From Methanothrix sp. (GTDB taxonomy: Archaea; Halobacteriota; Methanosarcinia; Methanotrichales; Methanotrichaceae), in contig OY821645.1 in assembly GCA_963682135.1 (NCBI GenBank), positions 800,001 to 864,000 on the forward strand: a DNA stretch of 64,000 nt, in the 5' to 3' direction. A program made the translations under genes and the position numbers. Positions 1-8,001 of the stretch are shown one piece after another (position 1 is the stretch's first letter; every line of letters starts with the position of its first letter). Under the pieces are notes generated by a model. The model did no database searches. It had not been told where the DNA came from and saw nothing but the letters and a program-made list of their open reading frames with translations.

Positions 1-3
1 TTT

Positions 4-354
4 TCATTCCTTCTCCAGAAGAGCCTCAGAATAGCGCTTGAGCCAGCTCGCTGATTCTATTGCCTCTCGGGTGAGCCTTTGATATTTCATTAGGTCCGCG
101 CTTCTGCTAGTCTTCCCGATATCTTCTGTTTCGCTCATCGTCTTGGTTAGATGAGATATGTAGGCCTCACCTGTTGCTCCCTCCTTAGCCTGCACAAAAG
201 CGATGGCCTGTGCTAGGCCGCAGTTATGCACTAATGCAGGAAATTTTTTTGCAAGCTGGCTATAATTCTCATCTCCCGCTGATCGGGAATGAACGCAATC
301 GTAAGCAATCTGCGCCCGTCTCTGCTGTCTGGTCAAGCGAACATTTTCAGCCAT
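4..354 (-). CDS. cmr5: Type III-B CRISPR small subunit Cmr5 (Cas11)
   Basis: About 116 aa from ATG at 354 (MAENVRLTRQQ...); 'KKFPALVHNCGLAQAIAF' and 'WLKRYSEA' are typical of Cmr5; follows cmr4. Its TGA overlaps an ATG at 7-5, probably the start of the next gene (cmr6 expected) beyond the window edge. Confidence 0.88.
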   Translation of the reverse strand: MAENVRLTRQQRRAQIAYDCVHSRSAGDENYSQLAKKFPALVHNCGLAQAIAFVQAKEGATGEAYISHLTKTMSETEDIGKTSRSADLMKYQRLTREAIESASWLKRYSEALLEKE

Positions 355-358
355 GTTC

Positions 359-1276
359 TCAGCCTCTCGTGAACTGGCATCTAACTCTGCCCTTGCCCAC
401 TGTCGCCTTTCCTCCGATCTGCAGCTCCAGCGCTGAGCCGCTACAAAATACATCGAGCAACTTCTCAACCAGTTTTTTCTGATCACCGCCATTGCAGCCA
501 TATACTCTATCGCACCAGACTATTCCAGCCAAGATGGTCTCGACTGGCAGAGCCTCCTCATACCACAGTGCGCCTTGGGTGACAATCTTCTTTTCGTCCT
601 CGATCCTGATATGGGCTGAAACCTCAGTTCCAGTCTCCGAGAGGAAATTGAAGCTATTATCTGAAACGATAGCAAAACGCTCCTGGAAGATGCTCTGCCA
701 TCTGGTATCACCGGAAAAGATTTCTTTCGCAAGCAGCTCAGCCCATTTCTGAGTTAAAGAATTATCCGCTCTGGCCGTAAAGTCAAGATCTTCAAAGAAT
801 ACCTTGCCATCTGCAGCCAATTTGGTATCTTTCATGTGAAGAGCCTCAGTATCGCTAGCAACAGGAGCTTCGGGTACGTCATTGTATCCAGAATCAACGA
901 GATCTCTCCTTAGCCTCTCTAGAACCAGGCGACTTGTAACATAAGCAAATGTGCCGTAGAGACTGCGAATGGGAAGGCAGACTATTCTTGCATCGGTAAA
1001 TACAAGGCTGCCTGAGTTCGCGCTGCCATTATCATCGTCGGGCTTGCCAAAGGCGGCATTGATGAGCTTATCAAAAGCTTTTTTCTCTTCTTCTGGTTTT
1101 TCATTCTTCTTTTGATCGAAATAGTCCCTTATCACGCCCTTAGTTGCAGATCCTGGAACCAGAGGCCATCCTGTTACCTTTTCCCTGATAATAGGAAGAT
1201 CTATAAATCCCACACCTCGACCCATGCCAACATGCAGAGGCGTTATTGCCTCTAGCCAGAAAATTTTAGTTGTCAA
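359..1276 (-). CDS. cmr4: Type III-B RAMP Cmr4 (Cas7, target RNA cleavage subunit)
   Basis: 'TPLHVGMGRGVGFIDLPIIREKVTGWPLVPGSATKG', 'LWYEEALP', C-terminal G-rich loop 'QIGGKATVGKG'; likely TTG start at 1276 after AGGAG. Confidence 0.95.
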   Translation of the reverse strand: MTTKIFWLEAITPLHVGMGRGVGFIDLPIIREKVTGWPLVPGSATKGVIRDYFDQKKNEKPEEEKKAFDKLINAAFGKPDDDNGSANSGSLVFTDARIVCLPIRSLYGTFAYVTSRLVLERLRRDLVDSGYNDVPEAPVASDTEALHMKDTKLAADGKVFFEDLDFTARADNSLTQKWAELLAKEIFSGDTRWQSIFQERFAIVSDNSFNFLSETGTEVSAHIRIEDEKKIVTQGALWYEEALPVETILAGIVWCDRVYGCNGGDQKKLVEKLLDVFCSGSALELQIGGKATVGKGRVRCQFTRG

Positions 1277-1309
1277 ATATAGCAACTCCTTTCTTCTCTC
1301 CATTTTTGT

Positions 1310-2500
1310 TCAAACATTATGATAATCCCACAATCCCCAAACGGCAAGTCCGAAGCCATCTCGCCGGTCTTGATTATCGTCACAAACTGATCTCAGCCAG
1401 AGGCTTTTAACCAGCTCTTCTGCATCTCCTGACAAGACCTCAAAGAAATAAACTGAGCCTGCAGGAACAAGCCTTCTAATTGCCTTCGGTCCGCGGCTGC
1501 CTTTCTCGAGGCTCCAGCCAGAGATCGGCTTCCAGCGATCGGTGCAGGCGGAGACAAGCTTTAGCTTCAAATCCTTAGGCCAAAAATCAGGCAATTTCCC
1601 TTCCTGCCAACCATCCAGCCATCCTGGCCTCCAGTCACCGGAGAAGATCGCAGGAGTTGCCAATATCATGCGAACTTTTTTCTTACCGGACAGTGCTTTT
1701 GCCACTTCATCAGGGCAGCTCCAGCCTCTATGAGAATTATCCAATTTCCACTGAGCTAATCGGCGTTCGCCGCCTATAGTATGAAATGTTTCGACCATCC
1801 TTTTTGGATATCCAACATCTTTTTCAAATTCTGCTCGTGCAGCCAGTTGAATACCATCTTTTTGATTTTTTATTGATAGATCGAGCCCTATCGTCTCGAA
1901 GAGCATTCTTTCTTTGGACGCACCTCGACTGGGATCTATCCAGATGTGGGTCCGTTGGTCTTTCTGTGGCAAGCTGCAAAAACCATCTCCGTCTTTGACA
2001 TTATCCGGCTCTGGTGGGGCATTAAAAGACTCACCTTTGGAATTTATGAGCCATCTAGTTATCATTTCCATAGACCAAAAGCCTGGGATTCTTGCAGGTT
2101 TGAAGTCCTTTTGCATGCTATCAGGAAGCATTGCAGGAAGAAGGCCTTCAGGCAAATCACATCCTTCTCCATCCTTCAGGTTTGCCGGACGAATTGCATA
2201 GGCTTGACGCTTGCATTTTTCATCCTTTACTAAGATATCCTTTGGTGACGGAATAAAAATCTGCCCTTTTATTAATGGCAGAGGCCCTGAGACCTGAATA
2301 GTCTTTAGCTCTTTAACCCTATTCTCATCGAATGCACCACCATTGATCTTTCCTAGCATTGTTCGAATAGATCCGGAGAGGACTGAGGGATATGGCCAGT
2401 CAAGGGATCTCATCCGAATTCCCTGCCCGACCCCGAATGGTCGCCCATCTCTGGCAATGACAGGATCATGAGGAGTTATGGATAAAAAAACAACATTCAT
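1310..2500 (-). CDS. cmr3: Type III-B RAMP Cmr3 (Cas5 family)
   Basis: 'DPVIARDGRPF', 'IGGERR', 'LATPAIF', 'VPAGSVYF', 'DGFGL' motifs; operon position. Confidence 0.93.
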   Translation of the reverse strand: MNVVFLSITPHDPVIARDGRPFGVGQGIRMRSLDWPYPSVLSGSIRTMLGKINGGAFDENRVKELKTIQVSGPLPLIKGQIFIPSPKDILVKDEKCKRQAYAIRPANLKDGEGCDLPEGLLPAMLPDSMQKDFKPARIPGFWSMEMITRWLINSKGESFNAPPEPDNVKDGDGFCSLPQKDQRTHIWIDPSRGASKERMLFETIGLDLSIKNQKDGIQLAARAEFEKDVGYPKRMVETFHTIGGERRLAQWKLDNSHRGWSCPDEVAKALSGKKKVRMILATPAIFSGDWRPGWLDGWQEGKLPDFWPKDLKLKLVSACTDRWKPISGWSLEKGSRGPKAIRRLVPAGSVYFFEVLSGDAEELVKSLWLRSVCDDNQDRRDGFGLAVWGLWDYHNV

Positions 2501-4338
2501 GCAGATTCCTCCTTCTTGATTTGATCACTGATCTGTCTTTTTACCTCTGCTATGCTTCTTGCGAGAACCAGTTCCTCTGCTCGGCGAACAAGATCGTCAT
2601 GGGATGTTACGTCTTTCATTAATTTGTCGATATCTTCTTTGTCGATCTCATTCGCTCCATGGCCTGATCTTTTTTGCCTAAGCAGTCGTTCTACATCTTT
2701 TGGGATCAGGTTCTGGGATACCAAAGCCCAATCTCTGTAATCATCTGCAAGAAGACGCAAGTCGTAAGCTGCTTTATCAGGGAACTTGTCCAACTGATAC
2801 ATCTCGACCCATTCTCCCATCCTTTCGTCCAGCCCGTTCTGGCCTGTTGGTCTCCATCGTTCTCTGATCTTAATCGGATCCCCGCCGCTTCTTGTGTGAA
2901 GATTTACAGATAGGCCATTTCTGTCGGGATATTTGGCTGATTTCTCGGCAGCCCTTCCATATTCAAGAAGATCCTCCAGAGGTTCCATCGAATGACCAAT
3001 GGCGACTCCAACTGACAAAGTTGGTATTTCGCCTCCTAAATCCTTACTAGAATCCTTAAGCAGGTTCTCAAAAGCATCGTGGAGATCTCTTGCAGCTCCA
3101 AGACAATGGTCCACAGGAATAAAAGCTAATACATCATCGCCGCCAGAGTATACCATGCAACCCCGATGGTCATCCTCAACAATCCACCGAGCTTTGATGG
3201 CAAATTTTGCCAGTTGGCCCGAGAACTCTTTGTGCTTCTCTTTTGATTTTATATTGGAAAGGGCCTTTCCCATTTGATCCCCATCGGCGACTAGCATTGC
3301 AAGATATGGACCAGGCTCGCCTAATCTCTTCCAAAGCTCGATCGTCTTCTTTTGAATCAGATCGAGCGTCTTTAAATCGCCTTTGAAAAGACTATCCTCA
3401 TCCGAATCAATTAGAGCATTTTTTAAGACCTCCTTTACTCTGGAAAGACGTGATGGATAGAATATTTGTCCATCGAATGGAAAGTCCTGGTATACCCTTT
3501 TTCCAGTGCCGCTAGAGAAGCTATTAGTTCCTTCGCACAGTATTTTTATTTCGTTAATGATTCGATTGGCGTCCTCATTTTGATCTCCAGCTATCCCTCT
3601 AAGCCATGGATCAAGAGCTACGCGGATTACTGAAGGAAATGCTATTCTTTGGCCACCGAGCCTCTTAGTCAATCCAACAGCACAGAGCTGCTCCCCATCA
3701 TTCAAACGCATCTGGAGAGAGAGTTCTTTTGGAATCGAACGATCTTTTTTGAGAATGCTCTCCCTTGCACCATCAAGCGATGATTTTGGAATGCCCGCCA
3801 GACCTTTTGCGGGTCTGAAATCACGAATGGACTTCCTGCCTGCCAAAAGGCGCATGACTCTTGATCGAGTATCTTGATAGTCATCAGTTAAAGGAGTCCA
3901 GGCAGCATAGAATTCTATGACGTCATCAATCTGATTATCCCAGATCTCTGGATGGATTGCCGCCCCTGCTTTATCCCTTGCCTCTTCGGCATAATGCATC
4001 CATTCCTCTTGAGCAGCAGTCTTTGCCTTTAAATTGAGTTCAGAAGGTTTTAGTTTCATGCCATCAGGCAGCTCTGCCAGAACTACGTTAGCTACATTAA
4101 AGGCATAAATCCTTTTATCAAGTGGCAATTTATAGGAGGATTCAAGGTCAGGATCTCCGCATACCAGCGCAGGAAATATTAGATTTCCTCCAGCTTCAGC
4201 CACCGTTCTGGCAGCTGCTTTGCTTATTTCTGAAAGAAGATGCGATCCGAACCAAAGATCCCTTGTCCTTCTTGCTGCCGAAATGAAGTCCTGAACAGGT
4301 CCGATTGATAGAACGTAAAGATACGAAGTCAAGATCAC
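2497..4338 (-). CDS. cas10: Cas10/Cmr2 large subunit, Palm GGDD intact, no N-terminal HD domain
   Basis: Begins directly with 'SIGPVQDFISAARRTRDLWFGSHLLS'; 'ADGDQMG' and 'YSGGDDVLAF' palm motifs; 613 aa. Confidence 0.95.
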   Translation of the reverse strand: MILTSYLYVLSIGPVQDFISAARRTRDLWFGSHLLSEISKAAARTVAEAGGNLIFPALVCGDPDLESSYKLPLDKRIYAFNVANVVLAELPDGMKLKPSELNLKAKTAAQEEWMHYAEEARDKAGAAIHPEIWDNQIDDVIEFYAAWTPLTDDYQDTRSRVMRLLAGRKSIRDFRPAKGLAGIPKSSLDGARESILKKDRSIPKELSLQMRLNDGEQLCAVGLTKRLGGQRIAFPSVIRVALDPWLRGIAGDQNEDANRIINEIKILCEGTNSFSSGTGKRVYQDFPFDGQIFYPSRLSRVKEVLKNALIDSDEDSLFKGDLKTLDLIQKKTIELWKRLGEPGPYLAMLVADGDQMGKALSNIKSKEKHKEFSGQLAKFAIKARWIVEDDHRGCMVYSGGDDVLAFIPVDHCLGAARDLHDAFENLLKDSSKDLGGEIPTLSVGVAIGHSMEPLEDLLEYGRAAEKSAKYPDRNGLSVNLHTRSGGDPIKIRERWRPTGQNGLDERMGEWVEMYQLDKFPDKAAYDLRLLADDYRDWALVSQNLIPKDVERLLRQKRSGHGANEIDKEDIDKLMKDVTSHDDLVRRAEELVLARSIAEVKRQISDQIKKEESA

Positions 4339-5627
4339 ACCTCCCGGAATTTATTCTCTTTAGCAAAGGCGAGGAATCCTTCAATTGCTGAGCCCGATGG
4401 AGAACGTGCGGGCTGACCGGGCCTTGGGCTTCCCAGAGGCGATTGCGGGTAAGCGCTAAGCATCGGATCTCGTATTTTCTTGGACCTGGGGCTTCCAGAT
4501 GCCTTTTTCAGGACGACTTCATCCGGAGAATGCGCCCTTAAGCAGAGAATCATCTGCTGCACCTCTCCGTTTTGACAGACAATAGGCCTTAAAATAATGG
4601 GGCTTGCCATTCTCGTCATCTCCTGGCCATTTACTATCGGATAGAGTTCGGTATCTTTAGGATCATTATGGTCCTTGAAATGGAAGACTATGGGCAGACC
4701 AAGCTCAGCTCTGGGAAATGCATCGTTTGGAATTCCCGGCATTCTGGAATGCTTCGGTTCCCGTTGAGATGTCTCTTTCCTTATCGTTTCTGGCTCGGGC
4801 CATCTTGACCGCCCAGGACGGTTAGGAGCCGTTCCGGGATTTCTGCCAGTATTCTGACCCTGCCTGAATGTCTGCATAAGGCTCACTACGTCATTCCACG
4901 CTTGCATTGCGCTGTTGCTGCTCTTGACAAGCAATGCATCGGGAAGTATTGGCCATTGCCTTGTCTGAGGCAGAACGACGCCGAAGTTTTGAAGACAATC
5001 TTTATACCAGGAGCCGATGCGTGATGCATCTGGAGGAGAAAGTTCATGGCAATAAAGTGCCCCGCAGCCTCTTCTAGCGCGAGCGCCTGCTCCTCCAAAG
5101 TTGGTCCAGGCCCAGACGGCTGCATCCACATCTGCGGAGAGGTTTGCAGGATAAATTAATTTCAACTCAAAGGAGACCTTTGAGGTGCATTCTGCAATGG
5201 CAGTGCCTTCTTTTTTATTTCCCTGGAAAGGAAAGAGCGCGTATCCTGGATGGTTTTCCTTGAATTTGGCGAAATTCTTTCCTTCAGGGATGTGCGCACA
5301 TGGATAGGTTATCCCTTGCGATTTTATTGTGACCTCAACGATCACCTGGCTGGGGTTATCGGTTTTGCCCCAGATTTCACCTTCAGACTGGCGAAGCTCG
5401 GCGACAGAAATGCATTTTGCAGCGCCCCGTGTCATTCTCCAAAAAGACCGTAGGTTTCCTCTGATGCTTGATGGGCGAATGAGTGTCACAAGATCGTTTT
5501 CGCTTGATTCGACACCTCCTCCAAAAATTGGTGTTATCACATCGATGCTATAAACCCTTCGAATCTTGTTCGGCTGGGAATCTATATTTAAAGGTTTTCC
5601 AAAGCATTTTGGAATGCTACGATTCAT
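4335..5627 (-). CDS. cmr1: Type III-B RAMP Cmr1
   Basis: 'VITPIFGGG', 'IRPSSIRGNLRSFWR', 'FGGAGARARRGCG', 'RMASPIIL'; ATG at 5627 preceded by GGAGTG. Confidence 0.93.
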   Translation of the reverse strand: MNRSIPKCFGKPLNIDSQPNKIRRVYSIDVITPIFGGGVESSENDLVTLIRPSSIRGNLRSFWRMTRGAAKCISVAELRQSEGEIWGKTDNPSQVIVEVTIKSQGITYPCAHIPEGKNFAKFKENHPGYALFPFQGNKKEGTAIAECTSKVSFELKLIYPANLSADVDAAVWAWTNFGGAGARARRGCGALYCHELSPPDASRIGSWYKDCLQNFGVVLPQTRQWPILPDALLVKSSNSAMQAWNDVVSLMQTFRQGQNTGRNPGTAPNRPGRSRWPEPETIRKETSQREPKHSRMPGIPNDAFPRAELGLPIVFHFKDHNDPKDTELYPIVNGQEMTRMASPIILRPIVCQNGEVQQMILCLRAHSPDEVVLKKASGSPRSKKIRDPMLSAYPQSPLGSPRPGQPARSPSGSAIEGFLAFAKENKFREV

Positions 5628-5766
5628 AGTCACACTCCCTTCAATTTGCATGATTCAAGGCTACTCCACCAACGATCCCATTGCAGCATTAAATTATTCT
5701 CACTCCTCTTTAAGGATCAGATAATTTAGCTTAATATTAGGTGATCCGCAATGTCGTATGCAATTG

Positions 5767-5802
5767 AAAAAATGGTGCATTTTTTCTCATTCTAATGCAC
5801 CA
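5767..5802 (-). terminator. Hairpin plus T6 terminator of the small peptide gene
   Basis: Perfect 9-bp inverted repeat TGGTGCATT (5773-5781) / AATGCACCA (5794-5802), followed on the minus strand by TTTTTT (5772-5767). Confidence 0.7.
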
Positions 5803-5959
5803 CTATGGAAACATGTACGGATATATCAATAGGCTTTGCAAGATTGGCCAAAAAAATAACGTTAAGCATAAACGCTAAAAACCCATTCAAGTATTTAGCG
5901 ATGGCCGATCGAGTCTCAAATTCGTTATGTATTCTATTGTTTTGTTTTTTCCTTTTCAT
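5792..5959 (-). CDS. Unannotated 55-aa membrane peptide, candidate CRISPR-repressed toxin (MKRKKQNNRIHNEFETRSAIAKYLNGFLAFMLNVIFLANLAKPIDISVHVSIVVH)
   Basis: Hand-translated, below the ORF-track cutoff. SD AGGTGAT (5969-5963) is complementary to the 16S 3' end in this window; has its own TATA box and terminator; basic N-terminus plus a hydrophobic stretch of about 19 aa. Confidence 0.7.
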   Translation of the reverse strand: MKRKKQNNRIHNEFETRSAIAKYLNGFLAFMLNVIFLANLAKPIDISVHVSIVVH

Positions 5960-6020
5960 GCTATCACCTTTAGGGCAGCTTTTAATTAGGCCCTATAATT
6001 GATTATTATCGAGTTCCTAG

Positions 6021-6036
6021 TATATAACAATTTTGC
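6021..6036 (-). promoter_or_regulatory. BRE/TATA promoter for the 55-aa peptide gene
   Basis: Minus strand reads GCAAAATTGTTATATA; predicted TSS near 5998, about 40 nt before the ATG. Confidence 0.6.
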
Positions 6037-6081
6037 ATAACTGTAGTGATCAAGCCAAATTAATATATGCATGCCTTTAAG

Positions 6082-6161
6082 AAAAAAATTGGACGAATTT
6101 TAGACTCGATCGCCCATCATAACGGTTTCAATGGGGCCGCGAATCTATTTTATCGCGGAAT
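6082..6161 (-). CRISPR. Solitary CRISPR repeat + 36-nt spacer + T7 tract (crRNA-like regulatory RNA)
   Basis: 37-nt repeat ATTCCGCGATAAAATAGATTCGCGGCCCCATTGAAAC (6161-6125) with CCGCGA/TCGCGG stem and canonical ATTGAAAC handle; spacer 6124-6089; TTTTTTT at 6088-6082; no second repeat found. Confidence 0.8.
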
Positions 6162-6183
6162 GAGTTTGTATTATTTTCAATCC

Positions 6184-6199
6184 TATATCAGTCTTTCGT
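6184..6199 (-). promoter_or_regulatory. Putative BRE/TATA promoter for the repeat-spacer RNA
   Basis: Minus strand reads ACGAAAGACTGATATA; the TATA-like element lies about 25 nt upstream of the first repeat base (6161). Confidence 0.5.
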
Positions 6200-6243
6200 C
6201 CACGACTTGACTATGCCCTCATAAGTCTTAAATTGGGCTTTCG

Positions 6244-6363
6244 GCTATCTCGCCGCCCGCTCACGCCCCCGCCTGCCCGTGCCCGCCCGCGTGCGCTTGC
6301 GCGTAGCCGGGAAGGGCGCGCGTGTGGCCCAGGGCGCGTGGAGCGTGCTCTTGCCGCCAATTC
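6244..6363. repeat. GC-rich dispersed element, copy 1
   Basis: Starts GCTATCT and ends TTGCCGCCAATTC; similar termini at 44428-44583 and a similar start (inverted) at 23922. Confidence 0.4.
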
Positions 6364-6688
6364 CCGCCCAATATCACTCTCTTCGCACCTCACGAATAGT
6401 AGTATAGATTAGATCCAAATACCGCTACTGTCCTGCGCCGTCAATCCCGCCCCTCCGGCCCGCCTGCGCCTGAGACGCGAGGCCCCTGGACAGCAAAGGC
6501 CTTGCAGGATACCCGGCTCTGGAGGTGGCCTGGCAAAGATCGATGTGCCCGCATCCCTGCAGCGACATCAGACTGACCGCGGCATGACTGGCAATCGTGG
6601 GCCATAGCCGCTTCCAAAGATAACTCAGGCGTTTCTCTACCACAACAAGCCATATATTTGCCAATAGATAAGACTTTTTATTGATATT

Positions 6689-7048
6689 TTGAATATCGTG
6701 CGGCTGAAGGTGCTCTCCACCAGAACCATTCCAGGGCGAAGGCGCATCTGGCCGCGCTTCGGAACCGGAATTCGGGCCACCAGATTCCAGATGTTCAATA
6801 CTCCCTGCCAGGGAACGGGAGCCGACCTCATCAAGCTGGTCATGTGCGAGGTCTACGATAAAATCTCCTCGGAAGAGGCAAGGATAATTGGCTCCATTCA
6901 CGATGAAATTCTCCTGGAGGTTGCAGAGGAGCAGGCGGAGGAGGCTGCTAGCATGCTGGAGGAGATCATGGAAAAAATCGGCTCGCAACTACTGCATCCG
7001 CTTCCCGCAAGGGCGCAGGCCAGTGTGCAGGCCACGCTGGCAGGATAA
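6689..7048 (+). pseudogene. polA: C-terminal fragment of a family A DNA polymerase
   Basis: 'TRTIPGRRR', 'NTPCQGTGADLIK' and motif C 'IHDEILLE'; motifs A and B and the N-terminus are missing. Confidence 0.8.
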
Positions 7049-7110
7049 ATCTGGATGAAGTAGAAGTCTATGGGGAGTAGCTTATCAATTACATCCGGCT
7101 GAAACTTAAT

Positions 7111-7911
7111 CTACCGGGCATTCGCAAGATCATAGCTGGTTTTTTGGGCTACAATGATGATGGAGTATGAACCATCCACATCCTCGACCGTTGGGTAGGC
7201 CGCAACGTAAGAGAGCCACCGCATCATTTCCGGCGAATGCAAGATCGGCTCATCGGCAAGCTTGCGAGCGATTCGTTTGGCATTGGAAAGTTGCTGCTCT
7301 CTTCGAAAGAGCGCCTTGGACCAGGACTGGCCCAGTCGGTAGATCACCCGCATCTCACTCTGTGCCACAAGCCTGGAAAGCGATCCATAATTAAACCATT
7401 GTTTGTGGGCCTTGTTTCTGGGAAGACCGCAACTATCACCGGACTCGGAAAGAACATTGGGAACAGAGCAGATAAAAAAACCGTCCGGCTGCAGGATTCT
7501 TGAGATATGGGCTACAGTCCGAGAAGGATCGAGCAGATGCTCCAATGTCTCGAAGCTGACCACAGCCGCAGCACTACCATCTTTTATTTCGGGACACAAT
7601 TCATCTTCATCCAGGTTTTTATGGAGAAAATGCAGGTTAGGCATTTTGAACCTCTTGCGGGCCGATTCCATCAGAGCCATATTTTCGTCAACGCCAATAA
7701 CCCTCCCGGCCACGCTGCATATCTCTGCAGCTCCGTATCCCAGGCCGCAGGAGACATCGACCACGAGATCCGGCTTATGTGGCCGAAGAAAATCCGCCGC
7801 AAAGAGATAGCGACCCAGATACTCGGCTTTGCGCCAGAGGTTGGTGTCGCTGGCATCAAAGGGATCTATCTGATCAAGACCATTTCCGCTATACGCCGAA
7901 TACGAAGACAT
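7111..7911 (-). CDS. Class I SAM-dependent methyltransferase
   Basis: 'VDVSCGLGYG' motif I, 'VSFETLEHL', 'ILQPDGFFICSVPN'; likely ATG at 7911. Confidence 0.85.
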   Translation of the reverse strand: MSSYSAYSGNGLDQIDPFDASDTNLWRKAEYLGRYLFAADFLRPHKPDLVVDVSCGLGYGAAEICSVAGRVIGVDENMALMESARKRFKMPNLHFLHKNLDEDELCPEIKDGSAAAVVSFETLEHLLDPSRTVAHISRILQPDGFFICSVPNVLSESGDSCGLPRNKAHKQWFNYGSLSRLVAQSEMRVIYRLGQSWSKALFRREQQLSNAKRIARKLADEPILHSPEMMRWLSYVAAYPTVEDVDGSYSIIIVAQKTSYDLANAR

Positions 7912-8001
7912 TTGCAGGCCGTTACTTGAATTGTACAGGTCAATATAGCTTTCTATTCGATTACGATCATTATTTATTGATTGAGCTTTAGAATGATTAC
8001 C

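Noticed and set aside
5890-5925. Reading the spacer match as type I CreR-style promoter repression (CTAAATA TATA-like box beside the target)
   Set aside because: Spacer positions 1-6 (the type I seed) are unpaired, and the target lies within a well-signalled ORF. Type III RNA targeting fits better, though this reading is not formally excluded.
5805-6002. 65-aa plus-strand ORF in the ORF track
   Set aside because: It is the antisense shadow of the 55-aa minus-strand ORF, which has the SD, promoter and terminator.
6173-6183. GGATTGAAAAT as the end of a second degenerate CRISPR repeat
   Set aside because: Only about 12 nt from the real repeat, with no stem and no room for a spacer; more likely promoter sequence.
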